A stretch of 58,988 nucleotides of DNA, taken from positions 1-58,988 of the forward strand of contig JAGOXN010000001.1 of NCBI GenBank assembly GCA_018059685.1, in the 5' to 3' direction. Positions 29,123-40,215 of this stretch are shown piece after piece. The translations under genes and the position numbers were made by a program. How positions within the stretch are numbered: position 1 is the stretch's first letter; each line of letters opens with the position of its first letter. The notes beneath the pieces were generated by a model that made no database searches, was not told the origin of the DNA, and saw only the letters and a list, made by a program, of their open reading frames with translations. The stretch comes from Steroidobacteraceae bacterium. GTDB lineage: Bacteria > Pseudomonadota > Gammaproteobacteria > Steroidobacterales > Steroidobacteraceae.

Positions 29123-29209
29123 GCTGCGCCCCTGTCACAGGCAGCCTGCCGCAAGCGCCCTGCGTCGCCTGCGAGCACGATCTCGTGTTGGACATCCAGG
29201 TGCATCGGA

Positions 29210-30520
29210 TCAGCGATCGAAGACGGCCATGGCCTCGACGTGCATCGTGTGCGGGAACATGTCCATGACGCCTGCCGCGACCAGGCGAAACCCGTGGTCA
29301 CGCACGAGGTCGCCCGCATCGCGGGCGAGGCTGCCCGGATGGCAGGAAATATACACGACGCGGCTCGCGCCACATCCCCCGACCACCTGCAGCACGTCCC
29401 GGGCACCGGCGCGCGGCGGGTCGAGCAGGACGCGCTCGTAGCGACGTGCCGCCCAGGGTTCCGCGAACGTGCGGGTCGCGAGATCGGACGCATGAAACGT
29501 GGCGTTCGCCACCGTGTTCGACGCGGCGTTCGCGCGCGCCCGGGCGACCAGCGTGGCCTCGCCCTCCACCCCCGTCACCGCCCGGGCCCGCGACGCGAGC
29601 GCGAGCGTGAAGTTGCCGAGGCCGCAGTACAGGTCGAGCACCTCCGCATCCGGCGGGACGTCGAGCAGCTCGACGGCACGCTCGACCATCGCCTCGTTCA
29701 GCGGTCCGTTGACCTGGATGAAGTCGACCGGTCCGAACTCGATGCGCAGCCCGAATGCCCGGAGCGTGTAATGCAGCGGCGGTCCGTCCCCCGCCAGCGG
29801 CACGACGGTGTCCGTACCCCCGGGCTGCAGGTACAGGCGAACGCGCCACCTCGCCTCGAACGCGCACAGCTTCTCGCGGTCCACCGGCGTCGGCGGCTCG
29901 AGCGTGCGCAGGACGAGGGCGCACGCGTCGTCCGCGACCGCGACTTCGACCTGCGGCACTCGCGTCGCGATCGAGAGGCTGCCGATGAGCGCCGCCAGGG
30001 GCTCGATGAGCCCGTCCGCCGGCGGCGCGAGCACGGGGCATGCACGAAGGTCGGCGACGTATGGCGCCGAGCGCTCGCGGAAACCGACGAGGACGCGACC
30101 CTTGGCGGTGACGAAGCGGACGCCGAGCCGGGCACGCCGTCGATAGCCCCAGGCTGGCCCCGTGAGTGGCGGCAGGATGCGCTCCGGTGCGACCCCTCCG
30201 ATCCGTCCAAGGCTCTCGATGAGCTGCGACTGCTTGAACTCGAGCTGCGCGGCCGGGTCCAGGTGCTGCAACGCGCAACCGCCGCACAGGCCGAAATGCG
30301 CACAACCCGGGGCGATGCGTCGCGGGCTCGCGAGCAGCACCCGCTCGAGCCGCGCCTCGTCGAAGCTGCGCCGCCTTCCGGTGCGACGCAACAGCACGCG
30401 CTCGCCCGGCAGGGCGTCGTCGACGAACACCGTCTTGCCGTCGATCCTCGCGACGCCGCGTGCGTCGTGGGACAGATCGACGACGTCGGCCTCCTCCGCG
30501 GCCGCCGTGATCCGCTTCAT
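29210..30520 (-). CDS. rlmD: 23S rRNA (uracil1939-C5)-methyltransferase RlmD (RumA)
   Basis: Trimmed to the ATG at 30520 (MKRITAAAEEADVVDL). TRAM domain, Fe-S cysteines (C.HFG.CGGC), SAM motif DLYCGLGNF and catalytic ISCHP. Confidence 0.88.
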   Translation of the reverse strand: MKRITAAAEEADVVDLSHDARGVARIDGKTVFVDDALPGERVLLRRTGRRRSFDEARLERVLLASPRRIAPGCAHFGLCGGCALQHLDPAAQLEFKQSQLIESLGRIGGVAPERILPPLTGPAWGYRRRARLGVRFVTAKGRVLVGFRERSAPYVADLRACPVLAPPADGLIEPLAALIGSLSIATRVPQVEVAVADDACALVLRTLEPPTPVDREKLCAFEARWRVRLYLQPGGTDTVVPLAGDGPPLHYTLRAFGLRIEFGPVDFIQVNGPLNEAMVERAVELLDVPPDAEVLDLYCGLGNFTLALASRARAVTGVEGEATLVARARANAASNTVANATFHASDLATRTFAEPWAARRYERVLLDPPRAGARDVLQVVGGCGASRVVYISCHPGSLARDAGDLVRDHGFRLVAAGVMDMFPHTMHVEAMAVFDR

Positions 30521-31302
30521 GCGGGGTCGGCTCGCCAGGCGGCGAGAAACTCCTGCAGGTGGGCCCTGTCGGACGCCCCGAGCCAGGCGCGCACGAGCTC
30601 GCATTCCCGTTCGTGCTCCACCGCGTCGAGCCGTCCACGCATCAGTTCGAAACGGAGATAGACCAGGTAGGTGTTGAGGACGTCCGCCTCGCAATAGTTG
30701 CGGATGTCCGCGGCGCGACCGTCGAGGTACGCGGCCCACACCTCCTCCCCCTTCATGCCGAGCTTGCCCGGCAGGCCGAGCAGCTGCGCCATGCTGTCGA
30801 GCCGCACGCGGCCACGACCCTGGAACCCGGCGAGCACGTCCATGAGGTCGACGTGACGCCAGTGAAACCGGCTCAGGTAGTTGTTCCAGCGAAACGACTG
30901 GTCCTCGTCGCCCATCTCCCAGTAGCGATGCGCCTGGATCCCGTGGCGCAATGCCCGGTAATGCAGCACCGGCAGGTCGAAGCCGCTGCCGTTCCAGCTC
31001 ACGAGGGTCGGCGTGTACCGCTCGATGCCGTCGAAGAAGCGGCGCACCAGTTCCGACTCGGGCGAGTCGGGCTCGCCGATGCTCCAGGTCCTGAACCCGT
31101 CGCGCGAGCGCATGCCGACCGAGATCGCCACCACCCGGTGCTGCTCGAGCGACAGGAACTCCGAACCGGTCTGTTCCCGCTGGCGGGTCTGCATGACGTA
31201 GCCGACCTGCTTGTCGGACAGGCCCGCGAGCCCGTGCAGGCGCCGGCCGAACTCGACGTCCGGGACGGTCTCGATGTCGAACGCGAGCACATTGCTCAGC
31301 AT
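30517..31302 (-). CDS. Predicted 3'-5' exonuclease related to the family-B DNA polymerase exonuclease domain (DEDDy)
   Basis: Exo I AFDIETVPD, Exo II WNGSGFDLPVL and Exo III YCEADVLNTY. The start overlaps the acpS stop and the stop overlaps the rlmD start (ATGA). Confidence 0.75.
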   Translation of the reverse strand: MLSNVLAFDIETVPDVEFGRRLHGLAGLSDKQVGYVMQTRQREQTGSEFLSLEQHRVVAISVGMRSRDGFRTWSIGEPDSPESELVRRFFDGIERYTPTLVSWNGSGFDLPVLHYRALRHGIQAHRYWEMGDEDQSFRWNNYLSRFHWRHVDLMDVLAGFQGRGRVRLDSMAQLLGLPGKLGMKGEEVWAAYLDGRAADIRNYCEADVLNTYLVYLRFELMRGRLDAVEHERECELVRAWLGASDRAHLQEFLAAWRADPA

Positions 31303-31691
31303 GATGCGGTCACCTTGCGCATCAGTATGGCGACGGCAACCACGAGACCCGCCTCGTCGGTGAGCGTGACGTGGCCTTCGCCCGCTCCCAGCCGGTCGCG
31401 CAGCGCCTGACCGCGTTCCGACCAGACGACTTCCGGGCGGCCCCAGGCGTTCGGCGCGATGCCGACGTCCCGGATCCAGATGCCATGCGCGAATCCCGTG
31501 CCGAGTGCCTTCACGATCGCTTCCTTGGCGGCGAAGCGCATGGCCAGGAAGCGCACGGGCCGCTTGTAGCGCCGGAACGCCGCTTCCTCCTCGGGCATGA
31601 GGAGCCGGCGCACGAAATTCTCGCCATGCCGGTCGAATACCGCCTGCACCCGCGCGAGTTGCACCACGTCCGTGCCGATGCCGAAGATCAC
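31296..31691 (-). CDS. acpS: Holo-[acyl-carrier-protein] synthase
   Basis: MIFGIGTDVV... and FAAKEA motifs. Follows pdxJ, as in E. coli. Confidence 0.92.
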   Translation of the reverse strand: MIFGIGTDVVQLARVQAVFDRHGENFVRRLLMPEEEAAFRRYKRPVRFLAMRFAAKEAIVKALGTGFAHGIWIRDVGIAPNAWGRPEVVWSERGQALRDRLGAGEGHVTLTDEAGLVVAVAILMRKVTASC

Positions 31692-31700
31692 GCGGCCGCC

Positions 31701-32453
31701 TCAGCCCGTGGCCGCGCGGCCACGGCGCGCTTCGATCATCAGTGTCTTCATCTCGCGGACCGCAGCCGCGAGGCCGTCCATGACCGCGCGCGCCACGATC
31801 GCGTGCCCGATGTTGAGCTCGACGATTTCCGCGATCGCGGCGACCGGCTGCACGTTGTGATAGTGGAGACCATGGCCGGCGTGGACCGTGAGCCCGATCC
31901 GCGAACCGAAGCGGGCCGCCTCGACGAGGCGCATCAGCTCGACGGCCTGTCGCTCATGGGTGGACTCCGCGTAGGCGCCCGTGTGGAGCTCGACGACGGG
32001 TGCCCCGGCCTCCAGTGCCGCCTCGAGCTGCGCAGGCTCGGGGTCGACGAACAGCGCGACGCGGATTCCCGCCTCGCGCAGCGCCGAGCAGCAGTCACGC
32101 AGGCGGGTGCGCTGTCCCGCGACGTCGAGCCCGCCCTCGGTCGTGAGTTCCTCGCGCCGCTCGGGCACCAGGCAGCAGTCCTGTGGCCTCACCGAGCGCG
32201 CGATGTCGATCATGGCGTCCGTCGCGGCCATCTCCAGGTTCATCCGTGTCTCGAGCGACGCGCGCATCCTCGCCACGTCGTGGTCCTGGATGTGCCTGCG
32301 GTCCTCGCGCAGGTGCAGCGTGATGCTGTCCGCCCCGGAATGCTCGGCGACGAGCGCTGCGTGCAGGGGGTCGGGATAGCTCGTGCGACGCGCCTGCCGC
32401 AGGGTGGCCACGTGGTCGACGTTGACGCCGAGTCGCAAGGGAAGGGTCAGCAC
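31701..32453 (-). CDS. pdxJ: Pyridoxine 5'-phosphate synthase
   Basis: [24 protein letters not shown] and EAGH motifs. Confidence 0.94.
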   Translation of the reverse strand: MLTLPLRLGVNVDHVATLRQARRTSYPDPLHAALVAEHSGADSITLHLREDRRHIQDHDVARMRASLETRMNLEMAATDAMIDIARSVRPQDCCLVPERREELTTEGGLDVAGQRTRLRDCCSALREAGIRVALFVDPEPAQLEAALEAGAPVVELHTGAYAESTHERQAVELMRLVEAARFGSRIGLTVHAGHGLHYHNVQPVAAIAEIVELNIGHAIVARAVMDGLAAAVREMKTLMIEARRGRAATG

Positions 32454-32456
32454 GAT

Positions 32457-33206
32457 TCAGGCTCCTTCGGTCCGGCCGCCATGCGCCCGCATGGCGACGA
32501 ATACCTGGCGCGTCTTGAGCGACCGTCCGTCGAGACACCTCTCGAGCGCGGCAGCAAGCAGCCGGCGCGCGTCGGCCAGGCTGCGCGCGTCGCCGAGCTC
32601 GCCGCGCGCCAGCGACAGCAGCGATGCCCCGGAAAATACCAAGCTTCCCTCCGCCACTCCATCGACCGGCTCCGCGCCGCCGTCGATCCGGTACCGGTAA
32701 TTGCGCGACGCATCGATCGGCCGCCCGGTGGCCGCATCCACCTCGAGGCTCAGGCCCCACCCGAGTTCCTCGAGCAGGCGCTTCTCGAACAGCCGCAGTC
32801 CTCGCGCGGTCACGGCCGAGGCGTCGGCGAGCATGCCGATCAGCCCGGCGTAGGCGCCGTACAGGGCCGGATGCGGATCGTGCCTCGGCAGCAGCTTGAT
32901 GAGCAGCTCACTCGCGTAGAAGGCGCTCATCAGGCGGTCGCCGGCGAGCGGCCGGGCCGGACCCGAGCGCTCGGCGCCGGTGAGCTGCCCCGCCTCACCC
33001 CGTCCGGACCAGGACACGAGCAGTTCGCCGAAAGGCTGCAGCACCGCCGGCAGCGCGCTGCCGCCCCGCCGCGCGGCGCGCGCGAACAGCGTCACCCGGC
33101 CGTGGCGCCGCGTCAGGAGATCGAGAATGCGGCTCGAGTCGCGCCACGGGTAGTGGTGCAGCAGGTAGGCCGGCTCGAGCTGCACGCGCCCCGCTGCAGC
33201 AGTCAT
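32457..33206 (-). CDS. recO: DNA repair protein RecO
   Basis: Trimmed to the ATG at 33206, which overlaps the era stop (ATGA). Begins with an OB-fold N-terminus (EPAYLLHHYPWRDSS.ILDLLT). Conserved era-recO-pdxJ order. Confidence 0.85.
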   Translation of the reverse strand: MTAAAGRVQLEPAYLLHHYPWRDSSRILDLLTRRHGRVTLFARAARRGGSALPAVLQPFGELLVSWSGRGEAGQLTGAERSGPARPLAGDRLMSAFYASELLIKLLPRHDPHPALYGAYAGLIGMLADASAVTARGLRLFEKRLLEELGWGLSLEVDAATGRPIDASRNYRYRIDGGAEPVDGVAEGSLVFSGASLLSLARGELGDARSLADARRLLAAALERCLDGRSLKTRQVFVAMRAHGGRTEGA

Positions 33207-34138
33207 GTCTCGAACCCGAACCTGCGCAGCGCGTTCTCGTCGTCGGACCAGTCCTCCCTGACCTTGACCCAGAGCTCGAGATGCACAGGTCGACCAAAGT
33301 ACCGCTTCAGGTCGATGCGCGCCGCACGGCCCACCTCCTTCAGCAGCGCCCCGCCCTTGCCGATGACGATCGCCTTCTGGCCCGTACGCTCGACCCAGAT
33401 CACGGCCTGGACGACCCGCTTGCCCGGCTCGTCCTCGGCCTCGCCGAGCCCCTCGATCTCCACCACCAGGCCGTAGGGCAGCTCGTCCTGCAGGCGGTGC
33501 GTCAGTTTCTCGCGGACGATCTCGGCCGCCATGAAGCGATCGCTCGCGTCGGTGAGCTGCCCGGCGGGGAACAGCAGCGGCGACTCGGGCAGGTAGCGCG
33601 CGATGAGCGCCGGCAGCTGTTCGAGGTTGCTGCGCTTGAGGGCAGAGACGGGCACCACCTCGGCGAATGGCGCTTTCCTCGCGACCTCGGCAATGAACGG
33701 GAGCAGCCGCTCGCGAGGCCGGGCACGATCGACCTTGTTGATGACGAGCAGGATCGGGCGGTCCGCGCGCACGAGCTCGGCGAGCGCGCGCTCGTCCTCG
33801 TCGGTCCAGCGCAGGGCCTCGATGACGAACACATTGACGTCGGAATCCGCGAGCGAGGCGAGCGCCGTGCGGTTCATGTAGCGGTTGATGGCCCGCGGTT
33901 GCCGCGCATGCAGGCCCGGCAGGTCGACGAAGACCACCTGCATGCCGGGGCGAGTGAGCACGCCGTGGATCCGCGTGCGGGTCGTCTGCGGCTTGGGGCT
34001 GACGATGCTGACCTTTTGCCCGAGCAGCGCGTTCAGCAGCGTCGACTTGCCGACATTGGGGCGGCCGACGAGCGCTGCGAAACCGCAGTGCGCGCGCTCC
34101 GCGCCCGGGTCGGCGGAGGCGTCCTGACCGTCGCTCAC
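33203..34138 (-). CDS. era: GTPase Era
   Basis: G1 GRPNVGKST, G3 DLPG, G4 NKVD and a C-terminal KH domain. The start overlaps the rnc stop. Confidence 0.94.
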   Translation of the reverse strand: MSDGQDASADPGAERAHCGFAALVGRPNVGKSTLLNALLGQKVSIVSPKPQTTRTRIHGVLTRPGMQVVFVDLPGLHARQPRAINRYMNRTALASLADSDVNVFVIEALRWTDEDERALAELVRADRPILLVINKVDRARPRERLLPFIAEVARKAPFAEVVPVSALKRSNLEQLPALIARYLPESPLLFPAGQLTDASDRFMAAEIVREKLTHRLQDELPYGLVVEIEGLGEAEDEPGKRVVQAVIWVERTGQKAIVIGKGGALLKEVGRAARIDLKRYFGRPVHLELWVKVREDWSDDENALRRFGFET

Positions 34139-34827
34139 TCTGGAATTCCGCGTCGCGCGAGTTCGCCGAGCACGTGCCCGGCGGCGTCCTGCTCCGCACG
34201 GCGCCGGCTCGACCCCTCGCCCCGCTCGCGCAACCCGAACGCCGCCACTGCGCAGCTCGCGACGAACCAGTGCTCGTGCGGTGCCCCGCTCACGTCGTCG
34301 ACGGCATAGGCGGGCAGGCCGAGTCCACGCCCCTGCAGGAGTTCCTGCAGGCGTGTCTTCGGGTCCTTGAGTTCGGCCACACCGGGCAGCGCGGCAACCC
34401 TCGCCGCGAACAGGCGCGAGATGACTGCTTCGGCCGCCACGAGCCCGCCGTCGAGGTGTACGGCGCCGAACACGGCTTCGAGCGCATCGGCCAGGATCGA
34501 GTCGCGACGGAAGCCACCGCTCTTCATCTCGCCTCCACCCAGCCGCAGCCGGTCGCCGAGACCGAGGTCCGCGGCGAGCTCCGCCAGGGAACGACCGTTC
34601 ACCAGCGTGGCGCGGTAGCGGCTCAGCTCGCCTTCGTCGGCGTCCGGGTAGGCGTCGTAGAGTCGCATCGCCACGACCAGTGTGAGCACGGCATCGCCAA
34701 GGAACTCGAGCCGCTCGTAGTTGGTCCTGCCGGCGCTGCGATGCGTGAGCGCGGCGTCGAGCAACGCCGGGTCCCGGAATCGATATCCGAGCCGGGACTC
34801 GGCCCAGACCTCCGCCGACCTGTCCAA
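34135..34827 (-). CDS. rnc: Ribonuclease III
   Basis: Signature ERLEFLGDAVL and a C-terminal dsRBD. Confidence 0.94.
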   Translation of the reverse strand: MDRSAEVWAESRLGYRFRDPALLDAALTHRSAGRTNYERLEFLGDAVLTLVVAMRLYDAYPDADEGELSRYRATLVNGRSLAELAADLGLGDRLRLGGGEMKSGGFRRDSILADALEAVFGAVHLDGGLVAAEAVISRLFAARVAALPGVAELKDPKTRLQELLQGRGLGLPAYAVDDVSGAPHEHWFVASCAVAAFGLRERGEGSSRRRAEQDAAGHVLGELARRGIPE

Positions 34828-34834
34828 GGCGCCC

Positions 34835-35200
34835 CTATTGCTTGATCGTCACCAGCCTGTCGAACTTCGCGAGCAGGTACACGTTGGCGATGAACGGTTC
34901 CACGGCCTCGTACTGGGCGCGCATGTCGTAACCTTCGTTCGTCCGCTTGATCTCGATCTCCTTCCAGCCGATGCGCTTGATGTCCTCGACGTCCCAGCGC
35001 CGCTCGAGCGATCTGCGGATCAGTTCCGGATTCGCATCCGCCGCGGCGTACTCGTCGCCGACCTGCTGCATGGCGCGCGCGACCTTCATGTATTCCATGT
35101 ACACGGGCACGAGGCGGATGCCTGCGTACAGCGCCGCGCCGAGGATGACCAGGATCGTCACCAGTCCGAGAAAGGTCATGCCACGCTGACGTTGCTTCAT
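34835..35200 (-). CDS. DUF4845-type small membrane-anchored protein
   Basis: Trimmed to the ATG at 35200 (MKQRQRGMTFLGLVTILVILGAALYAG). A single N-terminal transmembrane helix, and the conserved position between lepB and rnc seen in beta- and gammaproteobacteria. Confidence 0.65.
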   Translation of the reverse strand: MKQRQRGMTFLGLVTILVILGAALYAGIRLVPVYMEYMKVARAMQQVGDEYAAADANPELIRRSLERRWDVEDIKRIGWKEIEIKRTNEGYDMRAQYEAVEPFIANVYLLAKFDRLVTIKQ

Positions 35201-35219
35201 GGATGGACTCCGGGGTGGA

Positions 35220-35999
35220 TCAGTGGATGGCTTTTCCGATGCGATTCCAGATGGGGACGTGCGGCAGATTCCAGTTGAGCCAGATGCGCACGGCCTTGCC
35301 GACGATGTTGTCGACGGGAACGAAACCGACTTCCGGGAAACGGCTGTCGCGGCTGTTGTCGCGGTTGTCGCCCATGAAGAAGTAGTGGCCCGGCGGGACC
35401 ACGTCGTCGAAATCGTACGACGGCCGGTCCGGGATGAAGAGCACGCGATGCGGCGCGCGGCCGAGCGTCTCGAGGGCGATCTGCGCGCCGGTGTGGCCGA
35501 ATCCGGCATAGACCCCGTCCAGTTCGACGGGCTGCAGCTCCCCATTCACGTACACGCGCTTCTCGCGCACGACCACGTGGTCGCCCGGCAGGCCCACCAG
35601 CCGCTTGATGTAGTTCGTCGACGGATCCGACGGCAGGCGGAATACGACGACGTCGCCCCGCTGCGGCTGGCCGAGCGAGACGATCTCGAGGTTCACCACG
35701 GGCAACCTGAGGCCGTAGGTGAACTTGTTGACGAAGATGAAGTCCCCGTCGAGCAGCGTCGGCATCATCGAATCGGACGGGATGCGGAAAGGCTCGAACA
35801 GGAACGAGCGGATCAGCAGCACGATGAGGATGATCGGGAAGAAGGAGCGCGAGTACTCGACGATCACGGGCTCGCTCGGCAACGCCCCGGCTCCCGCGCG
35901 GGCGAGTCGTCGCGGCCTCCATACCCAGGCGTCGGCGGCCCACACCAGACCCGTCACCAGCGTGGCGGCCACGAGCACGAAAGAGAAATCGAAAACCAA
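35220..35999 (-). CDS. lepB: Signal peptidase I
   Basis: TTG start preceded by GGTGAGGTGA. Catalytic SDSMMPTL and KR..G.PGD, and GDNRDNSRDSR motifs. Confidence 0.93.
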   Translation of the reverse strand: MVFDFSFVLVAATLVTGLVWAADAWVWRPRRLARAGAGALPSEPVIVEYSRSFFPIILIVLLIRSFLFEPFRIPSDSMMPTLLDGDFIFVNKFTYGLRLPVVNLEIVSLGQPQRGDVVVFRLPSDPSTNYIKRLVGLPGDHVVVREKRVYVNGELQPVELDGVYAGFGHTGAQIALETLGRAPHRVLFIPDRPSYDFDDVVPPGHYFFMGDNRDNSRDSRFPEVGFVPVDNIVGKAVRIWLNWNLPHVPIWNRIGKAIH

Positions 36000-36088
36000 G
36001 CGTCACCTCACCCAGCGCCGCCGGAGTATTGTGCATTTCCCGCGGCCAATCAATGCTTTGCGTCGGGCCACGGAGGACCGCGGCACGC

Positions 36089-37885
<1,797 letters not shown>

Positions 37886-37927
37886 CGGTGCGGGCGGTCC
37901 GGCCCGGCGCCGGGGCAAAGTGGGCGA

Positions 37928-38191
37928 TTATAACCGCAGCGCGTCCCGCACCTGCGGCGCATCGTAAACCCCTTCGCAGACCAGGATTCCGCCGACGGTC
38001 AGCACCGGCACCCGCAAGCCGTAGCGCGTCGCCAGTTCGACGTCGGAGTCGACGTCGACGATCCGCAGGTCGTCGGAGACGGGGCCCAGCTCGACCTGCA
38101 TCTCCGTGAGAAACACGTCGCAGAGGTGGCACCCCTGCCGGACGTACAGCACCAGCTCCGGTCTGCGCTCAGGCGAACGGGACATCTTCAT
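37928..38191 (-). CDS. Glutaredoxin-like (DUF836) thioredoxin-fold protein
   Basis: LVLYVRQGCHLCD carries a CxxC motif, followed by VPVL..GG. Possible starts at 38191 or 38185; both overlap the rseC 3' end. Confidence 0.65.
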   Translation of the reverse strand: MKMSRSPERRPELVLYVRQGCHLCDVFLTEMQVELGPVSDDLRIVDVDSDVELATRYGLRVPVLTVGGILVCEGVYDAPQVRDALRL

Positions 38192-38600
38192 CGACGACGA
38201 TGGCAAATGCCGGGGGCCTCGACCTGAACCAGAGCCGGGTCGCGAGCCACCCGAGCGCACCGCCCGCCGCGGCCGCCGCCAGCAGAGCCGCTTCACCCGC
38301 ACTCCAGATCATGGCCGCAAGCGAGGGCGCGACGAGCAAGCCGGCCAGCATCGGCAGGTACGCCTTCGCGACCGCGCTCAGCAATTCGCCGTCTGGCAGC
38401 ACCAGCCGAACGGCCTCGCCCGGTCGCAGCCGCCGTTCGCGATCCGATCCAGCCGGCAGCTCGAGCGTGCGAGGGCCACCCGCGAACAGCCAGCGCAGTC
38501 CGCAGCCGCCCGCCGCGCAGCCCCCGCAACCCGACTCTTCGTCGCAGGCGACGCGTGCGCGTCCATCGCGGATCTCGACGACGCGGACGCGGGCGTCCAT
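38169..38600 (-). CDS. rseC: RseC/MucC family sigma-E regulatory protein
   Basis: N-terminal Cys-rich segment (C..ESGCGGC), two C-terminal transmembrane helices, and a position after rseB. Confidence 0.8.
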   Translation of the reverse strand: MDARVRVVEIRDGRARVACDEESGCGGCAAGGCGLRWLFAGGPRTLELPAGSDRERRLRPGEAVRLVLPDGELLSAVAKAYLPMLAGLLVAPSLAAMIWSAGEAALLAAAAAGGALGWLATRLWFRSRPPAFAIVVDEDVPFA

Positions 38601-38604
38601 GGCC

Positions 38605-39630
38605 TCAGGGTGGCGGCGACGGGGCCAGCGACTGGACCGGCAGGGAATCGGTCGCGCCCGGAGTCACCGGCGCGACCGAGACGGCAATGTCGCGGACCGT
38701 ATCCGGCGGAACCTCTCCGACCGCCGTCACGACGTGCCCCTGGATACTGGTCGAGAACGCATTGGCGGAACCGACGCTGGTTGCCTCCGGTGGCGCCGGC
38801 CCGGCGGCCGGTCCAGGCTCGATGAACACCGACACCGAGGCGAAACCATCCGAGAAAATGAGGTGCTGGACGGGCATCGGAACGCCGGGCATGCGCTGGA
38901 TGCGGCTGCCGACCAGGCGGAATCCGGGCGGCATCTTCATGGGTCGCCAGGCGGCGGCCGTCGCGGCCGCGGCCGAGGTGGCCGGCTGCCGGCCCGTCCG
39001 CACCCACTGGAAGCCGGTGGCGTCCACCGACGCCTCCGTGGCGCTCGCAGCGATGCGCTCGGGCATTTCGAGGCGGGTGAAATGGATGGCTTCCACCACC
39101 CTGCCGGTACCGTCCGCAACGACCGAGCGCAGCGGCATGGCCGTCTCGGCATCGAGCCACAACCGGTAGCCATAGCGGAACTGATCGCGCGGCCGGATGT
39201 CGAGGACCTGGACGTCGCGGCCGAGGATGCGGCTGCCCGGGCTCACGCTCAGGTCATACAGAGCGTCGAGCTGGGCCGACGGAGCCGGGAAGGCCTTGAT
39301 CAGCGAGCCCCGGTCCGTGCGCGGCTCCACGAGCACGACCTTGCGATCGGGCAGGTAGACATGGACCTCGTTCGCCGTGCGCACGATCTCGCGTCCGCTC
39401 CCATCCAGCGAGACGAGCCGCTCGTGTGTCTCGGCCCCGTCCACGCGGTGCACGATCCGCATGGTCTCGGACTGGCCGTTCGTCGTGTGCGTAAAGAGTC
39501 CGTAGTAGTTGCGGGTGCCGAGCGCCTCGCCCATGCGCCCGAGCCACGCGCGCGCGTCCTCCTCCGCGGCGTGGGCCGGCATGACGATCGCCGCCAGAAA
39601 CGCAGCCGCGAGCAGCACCGCTGGCCGCAT
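38605..39630 (-). CDS. rseB: Sigma-E regulatory protein RseB/MucB
   Basis: Signal peptide and an LolA-like N-terminal domain (AWL.RM..A....NY.G.F). Position between rseA and rseC. Confidence 0.88.
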   Translation of the reverse strand: MRPAVLLAAAFLAAIVMPAHAAEEDARAWLGRMGEALGTRNYYGLFTHTTNGQSETMRIVHRVDGAETHERLVSLDGSGREIVRTANEVHVYLPDRKVVLVEPRTDRGSLIKAFPAPSAQLDALYDLSVSPGSRILGRDVQVLDIRPRDQFRYGYRLWLDAETAMPLRSVVADGTGRVVEAIHFTRLEMPERIAASATEASVDATGFQWVRTGRQPATSAAAATAAAWRPMKMPPGFRLVGSRIQRMPGVPMPVQHLIFSDGFASVSVFIEPGPAAGPAPPEATSVGSANAFSTSIQGHVVTAVGEVPPDTVRDIAVSVAPVTPGATDSLPVQSLAPSPPP

Positions 39631-40206
39631 TCAGGGCCGCTCCAGCGCATCGTAGGCGACGCGGGCGATACCCGGATCGGCTGCCAGCACGCCGGACCAG
39701 ACGTTGCGGCGCCCGATCGGGCCCGCGAACTGGCTGTGCGCCACGAGATATCCCGCGAGGCGCTGGCTCTGCGCCGGAGTGGGGCTCGCCCCGCCGTAGC
39801 TCGACAGGGCCGCGACTGCCCGGACGGGTGCCGTATCGACCGTGGCGACGGCGACCTCGTCGCCGAGCTGGGGCCGGACGAGCAGCACGGCCACGAGGGC
39901 CGCGCTCGCCGCCACGGCGGCCGCGACGGTCGGGCGGGACCAGCGGTGATCCCGGGATGACTGCGCAACCGCGGCCGCGGCCTCGTCCGGGGCGGCCGAG
40001 ATGGCCGCGCTGACGCGTGCTGCAAAGCCCGGGCTGGCCGTGACGCCGCCCGGTGCCTGCAGCGCCTCACCGGCGAGCACGTAGCTGGAAAACGCGCGCT
40101 GCAGCTCGGTGTCGCGCTCCATTCGGCGTACCAGCAGGCCGATCTCCCCCGCCGGGAGTTCTCCATCCAGGAAGGCGGACACCTGTTCGCGGATCTGGTC
40201 TGTCAT
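39631..40206 (-). CDS. rseA: Anti-sigma-E factor RseA/MucA
   Basis: N-terminus MTDQIREQVSAFLDGEL (RseA_N), a central transmembrane helix and a periplasmic C-domain. Confidence 0.88.
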   Translation of the reverse strand: MTDQIREQVSAFLDGELPAGEIGLLVRRMERDTELQRAFSSYVLAGEALQAPGGVTASPGFAARVSAAISAAPDEAAAAVAQSSRDHRWSRPTVAAAVAASAALVAVLLVRPQLGDEVAVATVDTAPVRAVAALSSYGGASPTPAQSQRLAGYLVAHSQFAGPIGRRNVWSGVLAADPGIARVAYDALERP

Positions 40207-40215
40207 GGTTGCAAC

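Noticed and set aside
37926-37931. A perfect TATAAT on the minus strand overlapping the stop codon of the glutaredoxin-like gene, about 35 nt upstream of lepA.
   Set aside because: No acceptable -35 element lies at 16-18 nt. A single hexamer is insufficient evidence for an internal lepA promoter.
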